Below are positions 48,191 to 59,800 of a stretch of 64,000 nucleotides of DNA, in pieces; within the stretch, counting starts at the first letter, position 1; every line of letters starts with the position of its first letter. A program made the translations under genes and the position numbers. The DNA is from Ascidiella aspersa (taxonomy: Eukaryota). Under the pieces are notes generated by a model that was not told where the DNA came from, ran no database searches, and was given only the letters and a program-made list of their open reading frames with translations. The stretch covers positions 15,128,001 to 15,192,000 of the forward strand of contig OZ004609.1 in assembly GCA_963924565.1 (NCBI GenBank). Direction: 5' to 3'.

Positions 48191-50744
48191 AAACACACAA
48201 TAGTCAATGTGATGACACAATAGTTTTGGTCAGGTTATACAGTTTACCTTAAATGCAGTTAAGAATCGAAATGGACCGATCCAATGGCAAAAGGGCCGAA
48301 AGCAAAGAAGCTAAAGAAACCCGAAAATAAGAAGAACGAACAAAGTTCAAGTAACGAAACAAATGGTGGGTCAAACGATTATTTTACAAGGTTATAAACA
48401 CGTTCCGTTATGGTATAAAATTAGACATAGACGATAAAGCATGAAAATACACGAACTATTACCAGGGTTAAGGCTGGTTCACGTGTAGCGTTAGCGTCCG
48501 GCGTCTAACAGCGAACGTCGTCCAGTTCACACATAACGCGTTGCCAGCGTCAACGGCAAATTTCCTCGCTTCTAACCGAAAGCGTCAAAGTTGAAATATT
48601 TCAACTTTTCCGCAACCGAAAGCTTTTTTTAAAAACGTTCGACGTTAAAGATTTTTTTGTATAGTGCCTTAGGAAATGTTTCGTATTGTTATATCCACTA
48701 AATACGTTTCAGACAACAACAAATGCAATGAAAAGCCAACAGACACTAATGGCTACTATTGGCAAGATTTACACAGACAAGCATATGCTTTACGCTTTCA
48801 ACAGATGTTAAACAGGTAACTTTAATCATACTACTTGCAATTTTTTAAACATCAGTTTTAACCAGTAGTTCTTGCAAGTGGTAACCGGTGTTTAAAATGT
48901 AAATTCAAAAAGGCTTTTAATTCATAAGTATATAAGTTTTTTTTGTTTTGAGGACATAATTGTAGCTCATAGTTTCGACAGAAACTAAATCTGAAAAATG
49001 CTGGCTAACACAAATCTAGTCACTAAGGAGAATTTTTAATTATCTCACTGATGTGCAATCGCCAAAAACTTAACTGCTTTTTATATGATACATTCAATAT
49101 TTACGCGGTGAGCGAAAGACACAGAGGGGTCGTTGTAAAAAAGTATAGGAACCATTACTCTTTAAACAGTTGCAATCCGGGTTCCTTCAGTAAAATTTTA
49201 TACTAAGTGCAAGAGTCCTAAAAGTATAATATATTTTTTGAATTGGTAGAATAATGTTAGATTTTAGCAACAAGGTACTCATTTAAATCAGATTTACCAG
49301 GGGAAAAAATGAACATCTGGGGGGTAACAGCCCAAAGGGGTCGGTCGTACGTGCTATCGCAAAATAGAAATATAAAAGTTCGGGAAACAAACGATATTAA
49401 GGCGTGTTCGCTTCGGGCAAATGGATTACACTATATCGATATAGCTTTGGTATTGAAAGTAACAGCAGTCCAATCTAAAACTTAACCAAATAAACGAACT
49501 CGTGTGGTGTTTATTAGGTTACTTGACGTCACACTTAGATATATCTTTGTGACGACACATTTTGACGTAATCTTGTGACGTCGCATTACGACGTAACTTT
49601 GTGACGACATCTCTGAAAAAGTTATCAATCCCCTAAACAAACTCCTAGACCCGCGGCTGGACAGGGGTCACCTGTCGGTTTTATTCTTCCGGCCCGCGGC
49701 ATACTTCCCAAATGAGTTACAGTTTGCTTGATAAAAACAAACTGATGTTTTTTGAGGATTAGTCCAGTTTATAAATTTAAAAAGCACACTTTATTTTTAT
49801 CTCAGCGAACTTTTAGGACAATGACTTACTGTAGAAGTAATGGCTTCCAAGTGGGTGCTAAATGTATTTTCCAAGGTACAACATCCAACAACACACGATG
49901 TAACGGTACAAATAGGATAACCACATGGCCATGTTATATTACGTAAACTTTGAATAATTTTCAATACAAATATTCTGAATATCACAGTCAAGTTACACAC
50001 TAGTCAAACGCCAAATTACTACGAATTAATTTTTTTTACAAGGCATTTTGACAATTCACGGATTTTTTTCATTATCGTGTTATTTTTTAATCAAACGTTA
50101 TCATAATTTCCGATTTCATATATTGTTGTTCAGTTTATTTGGCTTCCATTTAGATCTGTGGTCTTCTCCTATTATATCAGCGTTCCTGCAGCTGCATACA
50201 GACGTCCAATTGGAGGCGCAAGTGAAGAAGAAACTAAGGGAAAAAAACGAAAATAATCCTTATAATTTTGCATTTCGGTAAAAAATGAAAAAAAAATTGG
50301 CAAATAAAAAATATTTCGACATACATTAAGACATTTTTTCACACATTTAAATGGGGGACGTGGAGAAACTGTTCACATAATTAGGTAAGTGCGGACGTAA
50401 AATTAACAGAATTGGTTTGGCAAACACAAAACTTGCACTCAGTTAGTAAACCCGTAGCCATGCCAAGAAGCATCATCAGAATACATAACGCTACAAAGTT
50501 GTGGTTTGTAACTTGGTAGTTTTTTTTTAATTTACAGCTAGAGTGCCATGAACTACTCGTAGCTTTTGTGCTGAGCGGACTCTCAGTTGTCGAAAACCAT
50601 AGTTTGCCAACAATAGAAATAAGATTTTTTTATGACAGGCCGACAAAAATACATCGCGGACGGCGGCTAAAAACCACTGGTCTACAGTACGTCAGACCCC
50701 CTAGTTGTGACAATTACAGTACTAACCTGTATTAAAACGAGAAG

Positions 50745-50888
50745 TTAAGCGTCTTTTGAGGCCGTTGTTTGTTTTGCTGTCATTTCCACGGTATGTACGC
50801 TTGACCCGTCCACGTCAAGTGCTTCGACTTCAGTTTTCAACTTGTCAATCAAATCCTTGGTAAATGCTTCTAGCAAGGGTGTTTGAAC
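50745..50888 (-). CDS. MRPL28: MRPL28 last coding exon
   Basis: TTTTTAG|VQTPLLEAFTKDLIDKLK...SKDA*. Confidence 0.8.
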   Translation of the reverse strand, partial: VQTPLLEAFTKDLIDKLKTEVEALDVDGSSVHTVEMTAKQTTASKDA

Positions 50889-53800
50889 CTAAAAATACAT
50901 AAACATCGAATAAAAGTAAAGTCAACATGCTAGTAAAACCAAAATTTAAAACGGCATGTTAAAAAAATTTCGGGGGATGATAAAAAAAAACGATACTTAA
51001 ACGGGTGAAACAAAAAAAAAGGTTGAAATATGTAATCTGAATCCTGACTATTATGAAATTTTAAGAAAAAACGCAGTAAATTGAAAAGAGGGTGATAAGA
51101 ACAGGTGTTGCTTTACTTCTATTAGATTGATAAACCGGTAAAACTATAACTAATAGTACTTTAAACTTAATTCACCAGATATCATTTTATTGTCAAATAG
51201 ACTGTGTATAACCTTGATGTTTTTATATAAAGCAGGGGTCTGCTTCACCCTACCATATTACCAAAACGTTTTAGTGATTCCCAATTCTGTGACATTAAGG
51301 GCTACTAAAAAAGTTTGCCCAAGACGTACAATTTTTTTCGAATAAAAAGTCTAATTTTGTGCTGTTGGGCCCGGCCTAAGTAAAATTTTTTATTGGGGTC
51401 AGGGCAAGGCTACAATGCCCGGTCGAACTAGTTTGCTAAAATGCAATCGAAATCGAGATAACTGATCCATGCTAAGCTTGATACCCCAAAGTTTGGACTC
51501 GACAAATTGTAGCGTTTTCTTGTGTCACTGTGACTGATTTCGGATTGTAAAAATTGATGAGAAAGTAAATTATTTTATTGCAATAAATGAAATGGCTCTA
51601 ATGTTAATCAAGTACGTTTGACAACGTAGAACCTTACAGTACTAACAGGTTTCATAATATATGTGTTGGTACAAATGTGGGGCCCAAACGATTAAAAAAA
51701 TAGATTTATCTGGTTTAGGTTGGTAAAAAATTTAATATAGAAAATAGGCATAGGGCACCAAAACAAGAGGTGCACACATTGTGCAATATAATAGAATTTA
51801 CCTAGACGATTAGGCAAAACGTGTAAGTTGTGTAGACAATTGTCCCTAGAGTTACATGGCTGCTCAGATAAAACGGAAAAAAAATCTGCATAACTTTGAT
51901 GTTGATTTGGTCCTGCGCAAAAATACAATAGGACCTATATAGCAGCAATAAAGACAGTGGATTTATAATACCATCCATAGTGTTAGGAAGTACTACATAA
52001 CAAAACAAATGCTAGAAAACACATACGCAGAACTAACAACTAAACCTGTTGGAATAAGCCATAAAACTGTCATAGTAAGTTCCAAATCCAACAATATGGA
52101 ACGACTGCGCCGCCGTTTCAACCCCGGTCGTTTTCGTATTGTCGTTTGTACGCCATGGTTTGGGCGCTATATTGTTTGTCCTTGTTTGGAGTTGGGTGGT
52201 GTACGAATTTCGGGTTAAGTGTAAATTACATTAATGTTATTCCATTTCTGTCTTTTTGCTGTAGGTCGGTGCTAATTACGATAAAAATCTTTTCAGCAAA
52301 ACCGTGAAAGATTTGTGCAAAGCGCATCAACTAGGGCAGGGTGGTCTAAGATTGACAGCATCGCGGACCACAATATTTCATGCATATTACATGCGTGCCA
52401 GGGGTTTTCGTTTGGTCGGGGCATAATTTGTTTCAAGATGACGCCACAAAGCATCGTCAAAAAGTAACGTAGAAAGACATATCAGCTCAGAAACTTGCTG
52501 CTCTCATCGAACTAGTCCGCAAATGAAATCCAGTGAATGAGCCGGGCAAAATGGTGCGCGCAAGGCGCGAAAAAAAATGCTGATGAGAAGACTTCATTTC
52601 ATAAGCGTAGAATGTATTTTAACTAGATCAATTTTGCTGAAATTGCAACATGATAACGGTCAGGGCGTAAGCTTTTAGTCGAAGTGAAAACCTGTAAAAC
52701 AATACTTTCCAGAAGCCTCATATAGTTTTTCGTTCATTTACTTTAAAGTTGCAAAAATAGTACTTTTTATGTTTTGTTCATTTTAAAAAGACGGAAAACA
52801 AAACGCAACTATAACTTATAAGTGCACAAATCAGCCATTTTAAAAAAGTTTCACATAGGACGTACTGCGACTTTCAAAGCGGTCTACCACATACCAAAAA
52901 TTAGGCGTTCTTACTTCTTATTGACACCCCCTGGATCCGAACTTGATGAGCGAACAGTGAACTCGCTTTAATGGTGTAACCGGAAAAAAAGTAACCACAA
53001 CCAAACAATTCGAACATGCTTGCTGTTCGTCGGTCACTTATATTTCTTTGATTAAAGTTCAATAATGCCGCATTAAACCCTTAAAGGTACGCACTGCAAT
53101 GGTTCAACAGTGCTCGCGGGCCACGAAAAATGATGTCGCGGGCCACATGTGGTCCACGGGCCTAGGTTTGGACCACCCTGAACAAGAGTTGCTAGACCAA
53201 GGTTAAAAAAATCTTTCGCGATTTTTTGGTGCCTAATGTAAATTATGTCAAAAAAGTTTTTTTCCGGAAAAAAAGGTGTCTACATATCATTACAGTGCAA
53301 CTAAAAAGTGAAGTGGAAAAATTATTGAGTAAAATTTCAAAGCAGTTTTTCAAGGGTCATAATTAGGGCAATTATTTTTTGGACCAAAAAAAAAAAAAAA
53401 AAAAAAAAAGTCTAAATATTGTCAAAATTTACACGTTGGGTCAAAATTCTTTAAGTCAAAATCGATTAAAAATGCACATACATCGTTTACAAGTATAAAA
53501 ATACTACAGTCAGATTTTTGAAATTGTCGTTCAGTTAACGTTTTATCATAAAAAATTAGTTTGTAATTATATGCAACGACATTTTAACGGTATTTATATC
53601 TTCACTATGGCAATATATGGGATACGCGAGCCTGTAGAAATAACCACCCAGACCTAGTTTATCGCACTAGGTTGAGCTCGAATTTCTTTTTTGATTTATA
53701 TAAGTGTGTAGCCTATCTCTGATTTGGCAAATGTATTGAACAGTATTTGGCTATTTTTACCTTTTATACCATGTATTTCAACTGTTTCCACAACATTTTA

Positions 53801-56800
53801 TAAAACAACCAGCTGCTTGTTTTTCTTTCGTATTTTTGTACTTGTTTTTTTTTGGAAACGTCAAAAAAAATGAGTGGTTGACGACTTCAAGACACTAATG
53901 TAGTACTTCAAACAACAATATGTTGTTCAAATCAATTTATTTATTATTATAGGTCAAAATTTCAATTTTTCAGGTCAAAATTTCTAATTTTTTAGGTCAA
54001 AAAATAATTGGCATAGTCATAATATTTGCATGTTTGCTATACTTTACTAAGTTGCTTTCATGTACTATAAAGACTAATCCCTTTTTATTTTTGTCACAGT
54101 TTATACTAATACAGTTTTGTATAAAATACAACAGCAAATATTGCACTAAATATTAGCAATAGACATCGTTGAAATAAAGTAGGGGAGACACTCGTTTTTG
54201 CAGGTTTTTACTAAAGGAGTATTCCTTTTCGATGATATGCACTTCTGAATCATTTGCAGGCATGTATGAGTGAAACTTTTGGGAGCACCAACTATCAGAG
54301 CCAAAAAAGCAGTCACACAACCAATATTTATATTGTTTAATTAAGTGCTCCGGCACAAAGCAAAATAATTATTTGGGAATGTATGTTTTCCAAATTCTTT
54401 AAGTTGCTTCGGTATTTAACTTTAATTCTCATGGAGAATCTGCAGCTGGCTCTAGCATAGTGGTTCCCAAACTTTTTTGGCTCGCGGCACACTAAAAAAA
54501 TCTTAACTATTTTGAGCCACACTCTAAACAGAACAACAACAGAGTAATTTTACAATCGCCGACAAACTATTTTCAATTGTCTTAAAATTACTAATTTGTA
54601 ATGAATAGTGCGTATTTAACTCTAAAATGCTTGCGTGTATGCCAATCGGCAATACAAAATACTCTCGTTTCTGAAATTACAAAACGTTTTACGGCACACT
54701 TGACAATTTCTCGAGGCACACAGTTTGGAAATCATTGCTCTAGTAGCTAGTCGTTAAATAGTGCAACTCACATGGTCCCATTCCATGAGTTGTGGCAAAG
54801 GGGTTTCACTCCAAAAAATGATTGCTGAATGGCTATGGAATTACTCTATACTTTTAATGTCCTGTTTAGTTTTTTTTTAAACATAAAAACAATGCAAAAA
54901 GCAAGAAATGTGGTTGTTTCTTGATACTCACGTTAGCAAAGTACAATTTGTTATGGGAAAGTTGCCAAAGCCTTAATAACTTGTTCCAGATAAAATGCAC
55001 AGTAAACCTCACATCTATTTTGTCATGTTACTCCCCTAACTTTTTTTTTTCTATTTTAACTAAGTACAAATATTGTTCAAGTTAAGCGCTAACTTTAACT
55101 CAGTGGCGTATCCAGGGGGGGTCGGGCTTTTTGTAAGGGATACTATCGTTTTTTGTTCGTTTTTTTTCAGTGTTTAACTCACTTCCCAATGCGGCAAAAA
55201 AGTCCAGCTTTCCTTTTTTTTAACAACTGTGTTATGAACTTGCCGGATTAGCCATCAACGGTAAATAATACCAAAGTCTTGGAACCTCGTCTAAATTTTG
55301 CCACTGCCCACGGTTCGTTCCGTAAGTGCAAACCATTGCTGCAGTCAACAAGCAAGCTGCATAGAACGTACGGTTCTGCTCCACGGATTTAAGCTTACCT
55401 AAAATCCACAAAGAAGGCATCTTTCTCAGTGGACTGTTCGAAACTCGTCAAATTCCATTCATTTGCTGACACAGTTGTCCCCTCACTGAAGAGGTGATGG
55501 TATCATATGGCCTGGTTTCACTTTTTACTGGTGTAGTGTACAGGTGGAATTGACGATGGATATCGCGTCATCCCAATATTGGCCTACTACAGTCTTAAAG
55601 AGAGGACGACATCGCTCCCGGTTGATGTTGTGACTGGCTTGCGGATTTGTTTAGAACAAGTCTTCTTGACATTCGAAGGAACTATTACCAGCAAATACAG
55701 GGTACAGCAATCGGTTTCTCAGTCTCTGTGGTGGTCGCAAACATGGCCATGGAAGAAAAAGCCTTAACAATATTTGCCAACCAACCAAGATTTTGGCGGC
55801 ATTATGTTGACGACATATTTACCATCACTGGTAAAAAAAACAGGTGAAACTATTCCTGCAACCTCAAAACAAGGGGAAGCGAGGTATTCGATTTACCATG
55901 GAAATTCAACAGGCAAACCGCCTTTCATTCCTAGGATATATATGTCCTATGTACAAGGACCAGTGGCGGTGTTTTGTGAAAGAATTTACCACAAGTCAAC
56001 AAGTACAGTCAGGTATCTCAATTTTCGTTCCCATCACCCCATTTGCTAAAAGAGAGGTGTCGTGCGATCACATGAAGAGCAGGCCCGACGCTTATGTTCC
56101 AACAGCACGGGAGATCGCTTGGACTCGCCGAAAACAACACCAAAGGGGTGTTCGAATAAAAGAACAATAACGCAAAAAAATCTGCACTTTCAAACCACGC
56201 AATTTCCCAAGGCCACCAGATTGATTTTTATGCCGCGTCTGCCGACTATATTAGTAAAAGAGTCAGACTACTACAGGAAAATATTTTTTGAATCTTGGCA
56301 CATTCACAAAAAAGGCTAACACCATGAACATCAAAACAGACATGATGCTCTTGGCATGCTACAAACACTTGCTCAAGGACTATATGCTATACGTTATCGC
56401 TAATTGTGTTCTTATCCCATTTTTGCTCGCGGTTTTTCTTGCATTTTTTCTTCATGTTTTTCCACATATTGTACTATGAGCTTTCAATGTCATTCACCCT
56501 AAAGAAGGCGATCTGAATGAATCTCTACTGTGTGCAAGGTGTAACTATTTTTAAATCGTGCTAACTTAAACCAAATAAAATCAATTTTTTTCTGATAATG
56601 TGAGACTCTATTTCCTTCATACATTATATAAGCTTCAAAGCGGTCGATCGAGTCCTGGTAAAAGTCTAGTTTTAGGCCCTCGACACAAATGCTCTGACAA
56701 GTAGTTTTAAGGAATATTTATAAGAGGGCACTGAAAGCCAATTTAGTTTTTACCAGAAATTAATCTTTTGTGGGTAAAACATTAGCTTTTGTTTATGGTA

Positions 56801-59800
56801 CGTGTATGTTGGCTTTTTTCAAAACTAGGGTGTACAGATATCCTTCACCATTCAGTACCAACTAATAAACACCTTAAGAAATGACTATATATTGCTAGTA
56901 ATTAAGTCAATGTGAAACTGGTTGCTATAAAATGCATTCAGATTCTGGCCTAATCCATATACAGATATTTGACCGTTCAGTATAAGAGGTTGACATCCCT
57001 GATTAATTAATGTGTTAACATTAAAACACAAACAATTAGTTCATAAAACAAATATAACCAACTTACACGATTTTTTTGTTCCAATTCCCATTGTTTCCAC
57101 ATGGCTTGTTCCAAAGTTAAGCCTACCCATTCTGCATCCTCTCTACACAAAATATACTTCTGCAAAAATATATATGTTGTTACAACTATTAAAACAAACA
57201 GTATAACATATACGTAAAAAGGATCTAAACTTTACATAAAAATATATATATAATAAATAAAAACACACACCTTATATTTTTTTATTATCTTTTCCTGCCT
57301 TTCAGGGTTGGTTGGGTACAATTTTTCCTTGTCGGCCAATTTTAAAAGCATTTTTCGTTTTAATAAACTTCCCAACTCTTGTAGCAGTTTTGTTGGTGTC
57401 TATGGACAAAATACACTGCTGATTCAACCAGAAAAGTTCATTCAATATACAGGAAAATGTATGAAGAAGTGACACTTTCTAATAAAGATACACTAAACTA
57501 AATATATACTTATATTCAGGGGCGTATCCAGAAATCCAAAAAGGGGGGGGTCCCGAATTTTCAACGTAGGGAGTTCCCCATTTTTAACTTAGGGAATTCC
57601 CCTTTTTTCCGTCTGACGTCAATGCATCATAAAATAGTGACGGATATGACGTCATAAAATAGCGATTGCAATAACGTCATAAATAATAAAAAAATCATCA
57701 GAAACAGCCAATAACGTCAAGCAAAAGCGAACCTTTAGACGCAAAGTGAACACGTGCGTCCACACTTCTGCCAGGCGCCAGCTGCGAAACCGCTTAGTGT
57801 GCAATGGTTAACTTTAGGAGAAAAACGAAAACAAAACCGTGTAATATATCTAATTGATTTTGGTAGATCCATGAACAGAACAACGCTAAATTACAAGCAC
57901 CTCTTTCGCCACCTGCAATACTAAACGGAGATCGTTTTTCCCGGGTGTTATTCGATCTGAGCCGAGCTGTGTGCCAAGTCAGCTAAAATACAAGCACGTC
58001 TCACACCAGGGGTCGGCAACCTTTTTCTAGTCGCGCGCCAAAACCAAACTCAGAAAGGTATTTGCGGGCCGCACAAAATGTTAACTAAGAATCGTGTTAA
58101 TAATTACATTAAAGGAGGCAGGAAAGTGTTAGAAAGCGCGAAAAAAAGCGTTTGTTTGGTTTAAAATCCGACTTGTACGCGCCATACTAGCAGCCTTCCA
58201 CGGCGCAATGGTAAATAAGATGTATTTCAAAAGACAGCATCAAAACATAAACAAACCGGACGTAGAAAGAATTTTTCGCACTTACGTAGTTAAAATAGTC
58301 AATAAGTATTTGAAATGGACTCGTGTATAATTTGTCGAGGCCGCCGACCCGATATTTGAAGAGGCCGCCGACCCGATATATTACACTAGGTTGCCGACCC
58401 CTGTCTTACACCTCTGATATTAAGGCAGGCAGCAAACAGCGAGAAACATCAGCACCGCCTAACGATTAATTGTTGTTGATTGTCGAACACACACTTGCTG
58501 ATCAGCTAACCCGAACGAATAACGAATGGCGAAAGAGAAAAAATATCGGCGCTCTTTCACTATTGTACGTGAAAAGTTATGCAAAAAACAAAACAAAATA
58601 ATACCGCATACCACAACGCATATTGTTTGGGTTAGGGTGCGGGTTAGCGTTTGGGTGAGGGTGGGTCAAGTAATATTATGTTTATTATTAATAATAACTT
58701 GACCTACCCTCAACCAAACGCTAACCCTAACCCAAACAATATGAGTTGTGGTATGCCTCATTTAACAAAAAGTTTTTTTTTAATTTTTACGTACATAAGT
58801 GAAAGAGCGCCAAAATATCCTGCGTTTACGGTTGATCAAACAAGAAACGAAGAACGGTGTTTTGAAAAGGTAATGTCGCTTACGAAAAGGAAGGGGGGGG
58901 TCCGAACCCCCAACCACCCACCCCACCCCTCAACCCCCTGGATACGCCATTGCTTATATTCCTTTTACTGTGGATCACCAAACTTATCCAAACAGTGAAC
59001 ATTTTAACAGCTATTAGATAAATATAATGCTTTTGGGTAAGACATAAATTACAAAAAAAACATTTATAAATTCATGAAATTGCAAGGCAGACAAACACTG
59101 TCATAGGTAATTTATGTGCAAATATAATTGCAATGCTGTTGCACAAACTAAATCTTACAGATAAAATAAACTCATCAATGCCAAAGGAAGCGTCAATCAT
59201 ATCCAGGGCTCTTGAAGTAAACTTAGCTGTAATATGGCAATCCAGTATTTCACTGTAGAATGAACTTTTAACTCGTACCGGCTTCCATTCGCGTGGATAT
59301 TTCACAGGGTTTTTCTAAGCAACAAAAGAAAAAGTTATGTATGGGTCAAAATAAATCATATGTTAAACAAACACACACACAATGTCGCCACTTCCAGGTT
59401 TATAGCCTGCAATGACACCTTCACCAGCCCATATTTCACGTCTTGAAGCTTTTGGGTAGTATACACGGACAGGAATATTTATTGCCTTCATGGGCCTCCC
59501 ATCTTGATTACATTTCCACATACCTTAAACAAAAATGTACAAAAATACCTTAGTATGCCACAAATTGTATAAATAGGTTACAATTAGACAATAATGAAAC
59601 ACTTTGATAGTAGTTGTTATTCCTATGCCATATAAATAAAAAATGTAGGCATGCTGTTGAAGTACCTTGACTTGATTAATATTTGGTTCTGTTGACACCT
59701 AAACTGCTTTTTTTGGAAGCTTACAAGCACCAAGTTTCTTAAAGTAGGAACCAAACTCAGGCCGGGAGGATAACTTAATGCCAGCATCAACATCTATAAT

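Larger units (their letters stand above)
57517..58952. mobile_element. hAT-type non-autonomous element carrying two nested insertions
   Basis: TIRs CAGGGGCGTATCCAG / CTGGATACGCCATTG; perfect TSD CTTATATT. Confidence 0.88.

Noticed and set aside
42900-50700. MRPL28-CACHD1 operon
   Set aside because: The genes share a strand but are ~8 kb apart, with TE-filled spacing.
54200-54245. KGVFLFDDM resembling a Polinton polymerase motif
   Set aside because: The match is too short and no other motifs are nearby.
56490-56525. Hammerhead ribozyme at the Penelope end (CCCTAAAGAAGGCGA)
   Set aside because: The core CUGANGA/GAAA is not intact; at most this is a decayed remnant.
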